61,580 bases of DNA from Chiloscyllium plagiosum. Taxonomy: Eukaryota. A program made the position numbers and the translations under genes. The stretch is taken from contig NC_057749.1 of the NCBI RefSeq assembly GCF_004010195.1, positions 10,587,271 to 10,648,850 on the forward strand, read 5' to 3'. Positions 36,596 through 50,484 of this stretch are shown piece after piece (within the stretch, counting starts at the first letter, position 1; every line of letters starts with the position of its first letter). Below the pieces are notes generated by a model, which saw nothing but the letters and a program-made list of their open reading frames with translations, did no database searches and had not been told where the DNA came from.

Positions 36596-37939
36596 CTAAT
36601 ACAATAATGTTCTTTTTTGAAATAAGGATACCAAAACTAAAGACAATATTCTGGATGTAGCCTCAGCAACACCCTGTACAAAAAACATCTCTTTTTATTT
36701 TCCATTCCTCTTGCAATAAACAACAACAAATGGGTTTGGGGAGTCCAAAAGAACTCTCCTTCTGTGCATTGAGGTGACGATTGAAGGATGGAGAACATTT
36801 TCTTCTGGTTTCCAATGTTAGCATCAAACTTTTACATATTAGGAACAGAACTGACCAAATATTCCATTCTACCTAAAACCTCCCTCAACCTCACAGCAAC
36901 CATTTCTGCAGTTTCACTGTCATTACCAATACCCACAATAGCCGCCCTGTGCTCTTTCTTAGCAAAATGTTAGAGCTATAGGAATTTTCTGCTGTGGATG
37001 TTTTGTAGTTACCTTAGCACAGTTATTTAAAATCACCTCATGTATCTATTGTACCACTGGGAGAAAAGAAGAAGGAATTTGTACGTAAAGAGCACCTTTA
37101 CAGTCCATAAGGCACAGTCATTCTGAAGTACGGGCCTGTCAAACTTGAAACATTTCTCTCTCCACAGATGCTGCCGGGCCTGCTGAGTTTCTCCAACATT
37201 TTCTGCATTTACATACTGTTCTTGTTGCAGCACAGAGACAAATCCAGATAAGGATTCCCACGCAAAGTCCCTCAAATGTCAGTGAGACAAATGACCTGAT
37301 ATTCTGATATAATGATATTAGCTAAGGGTTAAAGGTTACATCCGAAACGTTGACTTCTCCGCCTCCTGATGCTGCCTGGCTTGCTGTGTTCTTCCAGCCT
37401 CCTGCTTGTCTTCCTTGGATTCCAGCATCTGCAGGTATTTTTTGTTGTCTCTAAGGGTTAAATATTGGCCAGAAGACTGAGAACTTTTCTTTGAAAGACT
37501 GCAAGCAGCACCATGATGTCACACCTGAAAGAAGAGTGTTCTGACAGTGTAGCCTCCCTCATTACAACACTTGAAGAGTTATGACAGCTCTCAGCTCAAG
37601 GCTCGGGGACTTGAACCAACAACCTTCAGCATCAGAAAATAGTGCTACCCACTGAGCCACAGCTATCACAATGAAGTCCAATTCAAGGAACATTGCTCTC
37701 TCTTGTTGCAGCATTTTACAGTTCAGGGGGTCAGAGGTCAATTTTCAGGTAGTGACATTTGGATGAATGATGTCTGGGTGGCCAATATTTCTGCTCACAT
37801 TATCCTAGACTTCAATAGCAGTCGCAGCAACAAGTTGTACATATCACTGACAATCTGCTGCTTCAAGAAGGTCAAATTCGAGTGAAAGACAATTAGAATT
37901 GCAACAAAAGGTTGCAAGTCTCTCCTCTAACAGATGAGA

Positions 37940-38130
37940 GACTTAACAAACAATCAACGTATTTTTCAATGTATAATTTCAATTACATCACACTGTAAAC
38001 TTTTGCTATAAATTCTGTGTCTTACAATCGTGTACTCCACAGCCACCTGATGAAGGAGCAGCGCTCCGAAAGCTAATGCTTCCAATTAAACGTGTTGGAC
38101 TATAACCTGGTGTTGTGTGATTTTTAACTT
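37940..38130 (+). ncRNA. PLE 3' end (family A) with an intact hammerhead core
   Basis: CTGATGA-aggagc-agc-gctcc-GAAA-GCTA at 38047-38075, with the same downstream sequence as the 9545 copy. Confidence 0.7.
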
Positions 38131-39081
38131 AGCAAAAGGTACAGATGCATTCTTCAGAAAAATGTCTCTTGGTCTTTGGGTGCTGCTTGGTCGTACAAAT
38201 ACACTCTACAATGATCTCCTAATCATGTGTCTGCTCATTTATGACTGGATAAGTAATCTGTTTACATAAATGATTAACAGACTAATAACTCTCACTAATG
38301 CCAGTCCCTAATGAATTTTACATTTGTAAAGATTAACATGCATCTCTCCAGCAGTCCCTTATCTGGTCACGTGGCACCATCAGGGTGTTAGCAATTACTG
38401 AGTGTAGTGTCAGTGCTGTTTGATCTTGTAATTCTCATTAGCAAATGACAATGCGTCATTATTTATTTTTAGTTTCTGTTCCCTGGACAAAGCCCCTCAT
38501 GTCAAATGTGTTGTGAGCTGCAGTTTGCTATTGTCACTTTCCTGCTCACAGTTTCAGGAGCATGAAATGCGTCTTTCAGTGATGTTAATGTTCCCAGGTC
38601 GTTAGCCTTTTGAGCTCATCGCAAAAAACAGACTGAGTTAAACTCTAGTTCTGAAGTATTAAAGCATCAATTGTACATTCCCAACACAAACATTATTTAG
38701 CATTGTGAAATTATTTCCTACATTCTCTTCAACTCACATCACCACAATCTCCTGTTAAGTGGGAGCATCAGAATTACAGTGGCAATGCAGCACTGTCAGA
38801 GGTGCTATCTTTCTGATAGGATCTTAAAGCAAGACCCCATCTAACCTCCCAATGTGCGAGGTACCATTTGGGAAGATAAACTGGGCCAATAGTCATCCCT
38901 CAGCAATCATCACTGTAAAACAATTTAGGAGCTCATTAACATAACTTGCTGCACTCAGTTTGGTTGCTGCATTTTTGCACATTATAACAACTACTTTCTC
39001 TGTCGCCATGTCTTCTCTCCCCTCCTCCCCTCCCCCTGTCTGTTCTTTCCAGTCTGGCAGTTAGAGACACCATTGTTCGCA

Positions 39082-39282
39082 ATCAAGATTAGAGTGGTGC
39101 TGGAAAAACACGTCAGGTCAGGCAGCATCTGGGCAGCAGGAAAATCGACGTTTCGGGCAAAAACCCTTCATCAGGAAACGCTGATTTTCCTGCTCTTCGG
39201 TGCTGCCTGACCTGCTGTGCTTTTCCAGCACCACTTTAATCTTGACTCTAATCTCCAGCATCTGCAGTACCCACTTCTGCCT
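39082..39282. mobile_element. Fold-back PLE-derived mini-element, family B, nested in an older PLE 3' UTR
   Basis: tcaagattagagtggtgctggaaaa... is inverted against ...ttttccagcaccactttaatcttga. Minus-strand core CTGATGA-agggt-tttt-gccc-GAAA-CGTC at 39147-39174; unpaired right tail. The flanks cattgttc (~39072 and ~39286) look like a target duplication. Confidence 0.8.
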
Positions 39283-39284
39283 AC

Positions 39285-39530
39285 ACATTGTTCTGCCACT
39301 CTCACAATGCAATCACTTAATCTGCTCTATCAGCACACTTCCTCCCCCAGCGCTGCACTCTCCAACGATTGCATAAATGCTGCTCCCTCCACACTTCACA
39401 TCTGATGAAGACTCATTTAGACTTGAAACATAAGCTTACTCTCTCTCCATGGATGCTGCCTGACCCGCTGTGATCTCCAGCATTTCTTGTTTTCAGTACA
39501 GATTCCATCATCTGCAGTAATTTGCTCCTG
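39285..39530 (+). mobile_element. Older PLE 3' end with a degenerate hammerhead
   Basis: ctgatgaagactcatttagacttgaaacata followed by the shared gatgctgcctgacc...tccagcat tail. Confidence 0.55.
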
Positions 39531-40304
39531 TAACAATGACAACACTTCTTAGGGATGGGCAATGAATGCTGGCCTGGTCAGTGATACCCACATCAACTGG
39601 ATGAATACACACAAGGAAAATTGAAGTGCCCACTTTGAAGTGCTTTAGGATGCCCTTGGTCATTAGGGGCACTACAGAAATTTATGTTCTTGCTAAGTAC
39701 AACAGGCAGAGACAGAGAGTGGTATGAACTTATCTGTGCAGTGAGAAGATTTTCATTGCAAATGACTAAAGCTATTGGTTCCATTGACAGCATACATGCT
39801 ATCTGAAAGCAGAAGGTGTGCTTCTGATCTGCACTTGAATGAGATAGACTGAGGATGCTGCTTTGCCATTGAGCTGCCTTTTGAGTGAAGCATTTAACAA
39901 AAACCCCTGAGTTTATTTCCTGGTGTTTCAGATGGATGCTAAAAATGTAGCCATGGGGAGTGAAAATGAACCTTACTCCCTCATGCCGTCAAACAGCAGT
40001 GAGTTGGATAACTGACTGGGAATATCCTGTTCGGGAATAGGTTTTTACCAGGACACCAGGAAAATGGTCACATGGACTGTGCAGACTCTTACATTCACCT
40101 GGACATGTAGGCAGGGCCTTATTTTTCAATGTTTGGTCCCTCTGACATTGCAGATATTTCTCCTCGATATTTCACTGGGAGAATCAACCTCAGTTACATT
40201 CTCAAATGGTGAAAGAGATCCCAAACCTACAACTTTCTAACTCAGAGATAAGAATATTATTAACTGAGTCCAGTTGCCATTGGACACACAATTATAGAGT
40301 GAGA

Positions 40305-40690
40305 GTGTCATAAAGCTGTACAGCATGGAAACAGATCCTTTGGTCCAACTCGTCTGTGCCGACCAGATATCCTAAATTATTCTAGTCCCATTTGCCAGCA
40401 TTTGCCAGCACTTGGCCCATATCATTCTAAACCCTTCCTATTCATATACCCATCTAGATGCCTTTTAAATGTTGTAATTGTACAAGCCTCCACTATTTCC
40501 TCTGGCAGCTCATTCCATATACACTCCACCCTCTGCGTGAAAAAGTTGCCTCTTGGGTCTCTTTTATATCTTTCCCCTCTCACCCTAAACCTAAGCCCTC
40601 TAGTTCTGGACTCTTCCACCCCAAGGAAAATACCTTGTCTATTTACCTTATCCATGGCCCTCATGATCTTATAAGCCTCTATAATGTCAT
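40305..40690 (-). mobile_element. CR1-like LINE 3' end
   Basis: ORF 40422-40664 ends RGNFFTQRVECIWNELPEE...FKRHLDGYMNRKGLE. Confidence 0.9.
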
Positions 40691-40771
40691 ATAACTTCAG
40701 ATTTTAAAAATTATCACTTTCTGTATACTTATTTATGGGATATTGGCTTCACAGGACAGGCCAACATTTAT

Positions 40772-41408
40772 AGAGTCACTGAGGCATAGAGTCATAGAGC
40801 ATGGAAACAGACCCTTCGGTCCAACCAGTCCATGCTGACCAGAATCGCAAACTGAACTAGTCCCACCTGCCTGCACTCGGCCCATATTCCTCTAAACATT
40901 TCTTATTCATGTATTTATCTAAAAGTCTTTTGAATGTTGGAACTGTTACCCACATCCACATCTTCCTCTGGAAGCTCATTCCACACACAAACCACACTCT
41001 GTGTAAAAAAGTTGCCTCTCATGTCTTTTTTCCGGAAAAGACACCTGGCCATTCACCTTATCCATATCCCTTCCATAGACCTCTATAAGGTCACCCCTCA
41101 ACTTCTTATGCTCCAGCGAAAAAAGTCCCAGTGTATTAGCCTCTCCCTATAACCCAAACCCTCCTGGCAACATCCTGGTAAGTCTCTTCGGAACTCTCTC
41201 CAGTTTAATAATATCCTTCCTATAACAGGACGACCACAACTAGACACAATACTCCAGAAAAGGCCTTCTTGTATAACCTCAACATAACATCACAACTACT
41301 ATACTCAAAGGTCTGAGAAATGAAGACAAGGTTGCTAAATGCCTTCTTGACTACCCTATCCATATATGACACAAATTTCAAAGACTTATATACCTGAACC
41401 CCTAGGTT
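40772..41408 (-). mobile_element. CR1-like LINE 3' fragment
   Basis: LGVQVYKSLK...DRVVKKAF motif. Confidence 0.88.
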
Positions 41409-42057
41409 ATTGTCCATTCCTAATTGCCCAGAGGGTAGTTAAAAGTCAACCACATTGCTGTAGTTCTGAAGTCACATGCAAGCCAGGCCAAGTAAGGACA
41501 GTAGATTTCCTTCTCTAAAAGATATCAGTGAACCATGTTTTACAAAAGCAAGTGTTTAAATAAACGTCACAGATAATAGGTTAGCTTTTCATTGCAGATC
41601 TTTATTGTATTCAAATTCTACCCTCTGCCATGATGGGATTCAAATCCATGTCCCAAACACATTGCCGAAGTTTCTAGATTGTTAATCTAGTGGCATTATC
41701 ACTAACACTGCTACCTCCTCCCTGGATCACAGTGTTCTGTCCTGTTAATGACACCACTATTTAACAGTCCAGAGACAGTCTCTACATTTCCTTTGTGGAG
41801 CCTTGCGGATGGCAAGTAAAGGTTGGAGAACTGGGGACATAGCGTTATTGCCTTGGCTTTGACAGCTCTTCTCTGTTGGCATTTCAGGACACCAGAGTAA
41901 CTCCTTACATCCTGTAGACTACGGGAGAGAGTCCATTGAGCAAGATCGAGAGAAAACAAGACAGATCTTGAGTCAGCAGGACAATCCAGTATTGGCATGT
42001 TATTTGAAGAAACCTACCCAAACATCACTGAACAGATTGAGAAACATTAATCCAACT

Positions 42058-42262
42058 GTTAAAAATCACACAACACCAGGTTGCAGTCCAACAGGTTTAT
42101 TCGGAAGCTCTAGCTTTTGGAGCACTGCTCCTTCATCAGGTATTCATTAGGAGCAGTGCTCCGAAAGCTAGTGCTTCCAATTAAACGTGTTGGACTATAA
42201 CCTGGTGTTGTGTGATTTTTAACTTTGTTCAAACCAGTCCCACACCAGCATCTCCAAATCAT
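42058..42262. mobile_element. Fold-back PLE-derived mini-element, family A variant
   Basis: gttaaaaatcacacaacaccagg...ccttcatcagg is inverted against ggagcagtgctccgaaagctag...gatttttaac, with an unpaired ~38-nt tail on the right. Confidence 0.8.
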
Positions 42263-44995
42263 AATCCAATGGTATATGGCTGGCTGAGAAATTAGGGGAC
42301 AAAAATTGTTCACTGTCAGGATGAGAAAATTGTCAAAATGTTACTCACAGTTAGGGGTAAAGTTACAATTAGTAGTTAGTGTGTTATGGTTGTGCTAGGG
42401 TTAATGAATTGAGTTAGGAATGTAGGCCATTCAGCCCCTCGAGCTTGCTCTGAGACAAAATACATCAGATAAAAATACAATGGACTAGCCCAAAAGGAGA
42501 TCTTTGCAAAAACTCAATTAGACATCTCATTTTGATGCAATGCCAGAGAGTTAGTTTATTGTCAACAGCCCAGTGCTGTCAACATTAATGTTGCTCCCAA
42601 CAATGATTTGGTTATAATGCAAATACACTAAACATAAAACTGATTTAAATACATATTCTTCTGTTGCTGTTTTTTTAAAAATTGCATCCCAAAATCTTTA
42701 CTGATATCAAATCAGCATTTACTCCAGACAGCTGAAGATTTAAGATGAGTTTGCCAGGGTAATGATGATAAGGTTGTGACTAGGGAATGAGGAAGGAAGA
42801 TTGGCTTGGCTGATTTCCCAGTGATTAGGCAACACAATCACCGCAGTATTGTCAATTGTGGTATCTAGTGCTAATCATTAATTTAAACTGACTACCCCTT
42901 AACCAAAACTCAAACTATAACGACCAACCTTTAACCTTAACATTAACATGTTAATCCCCAATCACAAATATCAGTCCTTAGCTTTAGCCCTGACCTAAAC
43001 TACAACAACCTAGCCAGAACCTAAAGTGATATGAGGGCGGTGTAGGAGATGGCATTGAAGGAGACAATCAATAATGATTTAGAATGGCAGAGCAGGCCTG
43101 AAAGGGTTGAATGGCCTATATTTCCAACTCTCAGCTCTATTCCTTAACCCTAATAGACTGACCTTAACCACTAATTATGAATTGTAACTTCAACCCTAAA
43201 TGTGAGTAGCAGTCAGACCATTTTCTGACATAGAAATACTGAACAAGCACTCAGAAAACCAGCACTAATAGCTCAGCCAATGATACTCAGCAGGATTCAT
43301 TTCTCACACCCCATTGTATGATTTTTGGGTAAATTTCCTCACAGCAACACATTGGCTGAACCAGAAGATGTGGTCATTCTCTGGAGAAGAGTGGTTTAAA
43401 ATTGTCACTCAACTCACAGTCAGAAGGCTGGGCCCAACCTTATCCTTAATATTTCCCTTTAAAATCAAGATCTGTCTCATGATTTAGCAAATGCATTAAA
43501 CGTAACATTGGCAGATGACTTGACTCTATGTGGGAATCATTGAAGTAATTCTTCCTAGAGGTCCTGGGTTTAAAGATGTCATTGAAATTCAGGACCACAG
43601 ATGATGCACAGTTGTTGTCACAGAGACAAAAGATTGGGGTATCGAAGGTGGCAGAGGGCATTAAGTGCCACGACGAAAGACATTATCACTGGAGGCTAGA
43701 TTCTCCTGTCAGTGCAGCATATGTTGCTCCAATCTGTTTGCCCGTGAGAGGTTGAAGTCAGAAGCCGATATTTAACCCTCTATGTCAATCAGGTACAATG
43801 AAGCATTGCTGGGAAACTGAGGGCTGACTGGTGACCATCGGAGTGTGTAAACATGACTAAAGAGCATGACTGTGGCACTGCCCACTGGACCGTTAAACAA
43901 ATTGGTTCAGCCAGGATTTACTCACACGCAGCTCTACCAGATCAAGTGAACCATACTCGGGGTGAGAGATATCTGTGAGTGGGCAAGAGAAAAAGCAAGA
44001 TGGCTGTTCCACTTTAAGGTGAAGTTTAGCTCCCTGCAATCACACTAAAAGCACACACTCAAAGAATTTTGAATGCCTAATCCATGGATTATTTTTTCTT
44101 TATTTCAATTGTGGGCATTCATGTTGCCATTGGTGGAAACCAGCCTTATAGAAAGACTGAGGTTAAAAAATGTTAGAAATAACTCATTAACCAGCAGTCT
44201 CACAAATACTGAGACTACCCTGAATCTCCATGTTTGTGCACATATGTGTACATGTGTGCCTGTTTGTGGTTCTTCCTAGGTATGTGTGTGCACATGCAAG
44301 GCTGAATGCATACATGTGTGAGTGTGTATTTGTTTGTGTGTGCACATGTGTTAATGCCTTCAGGATTTTTTTCTGAATGTCCCATTAGGTTTATTAGCAC
44401 TATTTCAGATTTACAGCCACAGAATGAAGATCAGCAAATAAATATCGAACCATTTATAGGAATGAGAGGGCTGAACCAATGGACAAACCATGTACGAGAG
44501 CGTGGATGTATACAATTGAGGGTGTATATTTAAAAAGGACATGTGCATGCGTACGTGTATCTGCATGTGTATGCCTATACTTTTTACTGCCATCTTCTCC
44601 TGTCTTCCCTGCCTACAAGCAATCATTTCACTGAGATACACAGATCCCCAGCATCAGTGGACTTCCTCATGTGAGAGATTGATAAATTAATATTGCCCAG
44701 GGAGTTAACTGGGGAGGGCATCACAGCTGAGTCTCACTGGAGTGCAGTATTGTGGGAGTGCTTTATTGTGAGAGATGTGATATCAGAGGTAGCCAACTTA
44801 TTTATTTCAGTGATATTATTGGACGTTAAAGATCACATGAGCAATGAAGGCCAAAGAGTTCTCCTGGTGTCCTAGCCAATATTCATCCCTCAAACACAAC
44901 ACAAATTCCCCCTCATTCATTCACTAATGTCTATGGGATAATGCAGAGTGCTATGAATTGTTGCGATGGCCTATATAATAACAATCAACAGACCT

Positions 44996-45666
44996 CATAG
45001 AGACCTACAGAATTAGACCCTTCAGTTCAACTCATCCATACTGACCAGGTTTCCCAAACTAAACTAGTCCCACTTGGCTGCATTTAGCCCATATCCCTCC
45101 AAAGTTTTCCTATTCAAAAAACTATCTAAATGTCTTTTAAACGTTGTAACTGTACCCGCATCCAACACCTCCTCATTTCACACATGAACCACCTTCTGTG
45201 TGAAAAGGTTGGCCCTCAGGTTCCTTTTAAATCTTTCTCCTCTCACCTTAAACCTATAGGGTCTTGTTTTGAACTCCCCCACATTTGCCATTCAACTTAT
45301 CTATACTCCTTATTATTTTATAAACCTCTCTAAGGTCACCCTCAAATTCCTAGGCTACAATGAAAAAATGTTGCAGCCTATCCAGCCTCTCCTTATACCT
45401 CAAGCCCTCCAATCTGGATAACATCCTTGTAAATCTTTTCTGTCCCCCTCCAATTTAATAATACCTTTCCAAGAGCAGGGCGACCAGAACTATACACAAT
45501 ACTCTAAAAGTGGCCTCACCAACGTCCTGTACAACCACAACGTGACATCCTAACTCTTTGACTCAATGTTTTGAAAAGGTAAGCATATCAAATGCTTTCT
45601 TTACCACCGTGTCTACCTGCGACTCCTCTTTCAAGGAACTGTGTATCTGAATCCCTAGGTCTCTCT
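44996..45666 (-). mobile_element. CR1-like LINE 3' fragment
   Basis: Matches the other copies. Confidence 0.88.
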
Positions 45667-46127
45667 CATGAATTGGGACGGTTCCTAGGAATATGATAAA
45701 GTCTTTTCTCAAACTTTTGCCTGTAATGCTTTACATGATGCTGATGTAAAACTGTTTCTCAGAAATAGGATTTGTGAAAGAGTCATTATTGGTAATAATT
45801 AGATCAACAGAAAGCCAGTGATTTTGGAGCAGCAGATGGGTTAAGAGCAGTAAGTTGATCAACAGCTCATCATTAAGCTTACACATGTTTCATTATCTCA
45901 ATCCCAGAGACTAGGCCCACTGAATATTCCATGGGGAATGCAGTAGATTCCTGATTATCCAAAATAACATCGACCTTTGCTTGAAGGTTCACAAGACACA
46001 GTGGAAATGCACAGCAGAGCTGTTTGAGTGCTTTGTCCCGTAGCCTAATCACATCATACTCACACCACAGATGCTTTACATAGCTTAGTAGAGTCACAGT
46101 ATAGAACAAGCTTTTCTGCCATAATAG

Positions 46128-46634
46128 TCACAAGACCATAAGAAATAGGAACTGGATTCGGCCATTCGGCCCCTCATGTCTGTTCTGCCATTCAATAGGA
46201 TTATGGCTGATCTGACATTCCTCACAGCCCCTGATTCGCCGACTGATCAAGAATCTACCTCAGCCTTAACTACACACATGGACTCTCCCCCCAACAGCTC
46301 TCTGTGGCAAGGAGTTCAAAGTCTCTCAATCCTCTGAGAGGAAATTCCTCTTTATCTCAGTATTAAACTGCTGCCCCTTTATTCTGAGACTATGCCTTCT
46401 GGTCCTAGACTCTCCCAGGAGAGGAAACATCCTCTCAGCGTTGACCCTATCAAGCCCCTTAAAGAATCCTGTTATGTTTCAATGAGATCATCTCTCATTC
46501 TTCTAAATTCCAGTGAGTAGAGTCCCAACCTGTTTAGCCTTTGCTCATAAGACAATCTCGTCATACCAAGGATCATTCTAGTGAACCTTCCCTTAACTGC
46601 CTTCAATGAAATGGTATCTTACCTTCACTAAGGA
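46128..46634 (-). mobile_element. CR1-like LINE 3' fragment, head-to-head with the next copy
   Basis: ataagaaataggaactgg tail and CR1 ORF2 end. Confidence 0.85.
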
Positions 46635-46639
46635 AACAT

Positions 46640-47062
46640 AAAGAAACGTTGGATAGGCTGGGACCTTTTTTCATGGGAGCGTAAGAGGTTAAGAGGCAAC
46701 TTTATAGAAATTTATAAAAGAATGAGGGGTATAGATAAAGTTAATGGTAGTTGTCTTTTCCCTAGGATGGGGGATTTCAAGACTAGGGGGCATATTTTCA
46801 CAGTGAGAGGAGAGAGACTTAAAAAAGACTCGAGGGGCAATTTTTTTACACAGAGACTGGTTCGTGTGTGGAATGAATTTCCTGAGGAAGTGGTGGATGC
46901 AGGCACAATTACAATAATTAAAAGACATTTGGATAAGTAGGAAAGATTTGGAGGGATCTGGGCCAGGAGCAGGCAGGTGGGACTGGCTTAGTTTGGGATT
47001 ATGGGCGGCATATAGTGTTTGGACCAAAGGGTCTGTTTCCATGCTGTATGACTCTATGACTA
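46640..47062 (+). mobile_element. CR1-like LINE 3' end
   Basis: MRGIDKVNGSCLFPRMGDFKTRGH...FFTQRLVRVWNEFPEEVV. Confidence 0.9.
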
Positions 47063-48339
47063 TAAATAAGTCCAACAGATCTATGTTGGCATTTATGACA
47101 TGACGCAAGAGTCTCAAGGAAGAGGTTGAGGTGGACAGCAGTTTGGAAGTGTGGTGGGGGAAAAGAAAGACAAATTGATGGGTTTGAACAAGAGTATAAA
47201 TGGAGGAATCAAAAGGGGTTGCTTGATATTGTTCAAGAGGGATAGATAACTGTTGGAAATGAAGGCCGTAACCCAGCCACTATTGTTGGCGAAATTATGA
47301 GTTAAAAACTGAAAAGGAAGATAAGAAAGTGAAAGGGTGGGGGGTAATATTGATCAGATGGGCCACCAGAGAGCAGTGGAGCTTGGGTCATCCAAGGTTC
47401 AGTTAGATGGGTTTTTCATTGACAAGGGAGTCAACGGTTATAGGCAGCAAACATGGAAGTGGAGTTGAGACCACAGTCATATCAGCCATGATCTTATTGA
47501 TTGGCGGAACAGGTTCGAGGGGGCCAAGTGGCCCACTCCTACTCATATTTCGCTTTCAAAGAGTTAGTATCAGTGCAATGGACCAAATGGCCTCCTCTGT
47601 GGATCATTCATTTAAAATACACTGGCAGGAGCTGGGCTGAGGCAGGGATCCCAACCCATTCTTGGGTTAGCCTGGAGTAGTTGGTGGTGAGCTACTTTTG
47701 GAATCTTTGACCTGTTTCCCTGTAAAGTCGGCCTGACAGACAGGACACTCCGGCCACGATGACTTTGCAGAATCAATCGATAATTCTTGTTTTTAAACTG
47801 CGAGCTATTATACTATTCAGGTTTTTATTGTTTGTTTCATCGCTTGCTTAATAAAGTGCAGAAAACAGAAGGTGAATATAGCTCCCGCTGGCTTCTATCC
47901 AGATGCATTATGTCAGTTCCAATTGCTCGATTATTTCAGAAGGATTTTTTTTTGTGAATGGCAATACTGACTACCCTGGAATATGGTAATTGCAAATCAG
48001 TCGGCATTGAAATGTTCATATGTTTAAATTAAGCTTAAATATAATAACATATTTTAAATGAATTTGTGTCCTTCAAGTCTCTAAAATACTGAGGCAGTGA
48101 TTCATTCTAATATAATCACAAGCTTCCCCTTAGGGACCTGCCTGGTCAAAGCTGAATCCTAATTAAACCATGTTAGCAGTCTGTGAGCAAATGGCCCACA
48201 TCCCATCTTTCTGTCAAGGACAGAGGACCGTGTTTAATCTGAAGTGTCACAATCGCCCCTCCACTCCCACCCCATTCTCTCCCTCCTCGTATTCTCCACC
48301 CTCACTTCAACTGCGTTCTCTCCCTCAACCCCCTGCATT

Positions 48340-48620
48340 AATGGCTAACACGAGGGGTCATAGTTTTAAGCTGGTTGGAGGAAAGTATAGAGGGGATGTC
48401 AGAGGTGGGTTCTTTACACAGAGAGTTGTGAGAGCATGGAATGCGTTGCCAGCAGCAGTTGTGGAAGCAAGCATTGGGGACATTTAAGAGTCTGCTGAAC
48501 ATGCATGTGGTCACAGATATTTGAGGGTGCATACATGAGGATCTGAGGATTAATGGTCGGCACAACATCGTGGGCTGAAGGGCCTGTTCTGTGCTGTACT
48601 GTTTTATGTTCTATGTTCTA
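48340..48620 (+). mobile_element. CR1-like LINE 3' end with (TTCTATG)n tail
   Basis: ANTRGHSFKLVGGKYRGDVRGGFFTQRVVRAWNALP. Confidence 0.9.
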
Positions 48621-49790
48621 TTCTCTCCTGTTCTTTACTGCCCCCTCCTTTCTCTCCTCTCCATTCTTTCCCTCCTCTCATTCTCCCACACCCCCACCTC
48701 CCATTCTCCAAACATCTCCAACCCCTGCTCTCCATACTCCCCTCTCATTCTCCATACCCCTCTCCCATTNNNNNNNNNNNNNNNNNNNNNNNNNNNNNNN
48801 NNNNNNNNNNNNNNNNNNNNNNNNNNNNNNNNNNNNNNNNNNNNNNNNNNNNNNNNNNNNNNNNNNNNNNNNNNNNNNNNNNNNNNNNNNNNNNNNNNNN
48901 NNNNNNNNNNNNNNNNNNNNNNNNNNNNNNNNNNNNNNNNNNNNNNNNNNNNNNNNNNNNNNNNNNNNNNNNNNNNNNNNNNNNNNNNNNNNNNNNNNNN
49001 NNNNNNNNNNNNNNNNNNNNNNNNNNNNNNNNNNNNNNNNNNNNNNNNNNNNNNNNNNNNNNNNNNNNNNNNNNNNNNNNNNNNNNNNNNNNNNNNNNNN
49101 NNNNNNNNNNNNNNNNNNNNNNNNNNNNNNNNNNNNNNNNNNNNNNNNNNNNNNNNNNNNNNNNNNNNNNNNNNNNNNNNNNNNNNNNNNNNNNNNNNNN
49201 NNNNNNNNNNNNNNNNNNNNNNNNNNNNNNNNNNNNNNNNNNNNNNNNNNNNNNNNNNNNNNNNNNNNNNNNNNNNNNNNNNNNNNNNNNNNNNNNNNNN
49301 NNNNNNNNNNNNNNNNNNNNNNNNNNNNNNNNNNNNNNNNNNNNNNNNNNNNNNNNNNNNNNNNNNNNNNNNNNNNNNNNNNNNNNNNNNNNNNNNNNNN
49401 NNNNNNNNNNNNNNNNNNNNNNNNNNNNNNNNNNNNNNNNNNNNNNNNNNNNNNNNNNNNNNNNNNNNNNNNNNNNNNNNNNNNNNNNNNNNNNNNNNNN
49501 NNNNNNNNNNNNNNNNTCCCCCTTCTCCATACCCCCACCATTATCCACACCCCTCCCATTCTCCATATCCGCTTCCCAATATCCAGCCCCCTCCCATTCT
49601 CTTCCCTCATCCTGCCCATCCCCAACACCCCTGTCCCATTCTCAATAACCCCTTCCCATTCTCCACCCTCCCTTCCCCCATTCTTCACCTCCCTTCAAAT
49701 CCTCCATAAGAACCCATCCCATGCTCAAAACCACCATTCCCCCCCACCACCACCATCTCGTTCTCTAAATGCCCCCACACCCGCTCCTCG
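48620..49790. repeat. Pyrimidine-rich low-complexity repeat (cccattctccat-like) around the gap at 48770-49516
   Basis: Recurring cccattctcc motif on both sides of the N-run. Confidence 0.8.
48770..49516. other. Assembly gap
   Basis: Run of N. Confidence 1.
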
Positions 49791-50484
49791 ATTTCCAGCT
49801 GGTCTACATTATGAACTATTTTCATTGTAATGTTATGAAGCTTGTTTCCACACAAAGGTGTGTGGAAATCAGAAAATAGTTCTATAACACTGTTGAGGAT
49901 GGGGTGGGTTCGAATTGTTTTCATCAGGTTCCAGAGGTTACACACTGAGGTGGACACATGGTGTTACAATCCAGATCAGGCAGAACAGCCATGTGGGTCT
50001 GAACGCTCATTCTCTTTTCATTCTTTTACAGCATTGGAGGTCACTTTATTGCCCATCTTTAATCACCCTGGAGGAGGTGGTAGGTGAGTTACGTTTTTGA
50101 ACCACTTCAGTCCATCTTGTGTAGGAACCCTCTCAGTGCCATTCGCAAGGGAGGATTAGGAAATTGACTGAGTGACACTGAAGCAACAAGTGAGGTGGTG
50201 TGTAAATTGCAGGGGAACCTGCATGGAGATTGTTGTCGACATTTTTAATTGACCATGCTAATGACACACCTCAGCAGGCAGGACTTGAACCCAGGCCTCC
50301 TGGCCCAGAGGCAAGGACACTATCGCTGTGCCAAGACAGACCCCAAGGTTTATGGAGTTTTGGCCAGACCAAACAGACCTGTGTCTTTAAGATAGTGACC
50401 ATGTGACAATGCACAATAAAGGTATCCCCACAATAAAGGGGTCAGTGTTGCCAGTCAGCTCCATATGCGTAATGTAGAGTAACA

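Noticed and set aside
41886..42060. Open plus-strand frame GHQSNSLHPVDYGRESIEQDREK... after an AG
   Set aside because: No donor, no partner exon and no recognisable family.
47712..47800. Minus-strand CPVCQADF, RING-like peptide
   Set aside because: Only one CxxC pair, weak splice sites and no continuation.
48553..49830. Long ORFs of 273-425 aa
   Set aside because: They span an N-gap and low-complexity DNA. The same applies to the gap-spanning ORFs at 3059-3769, apart from the short PLE C-terminal peptide.
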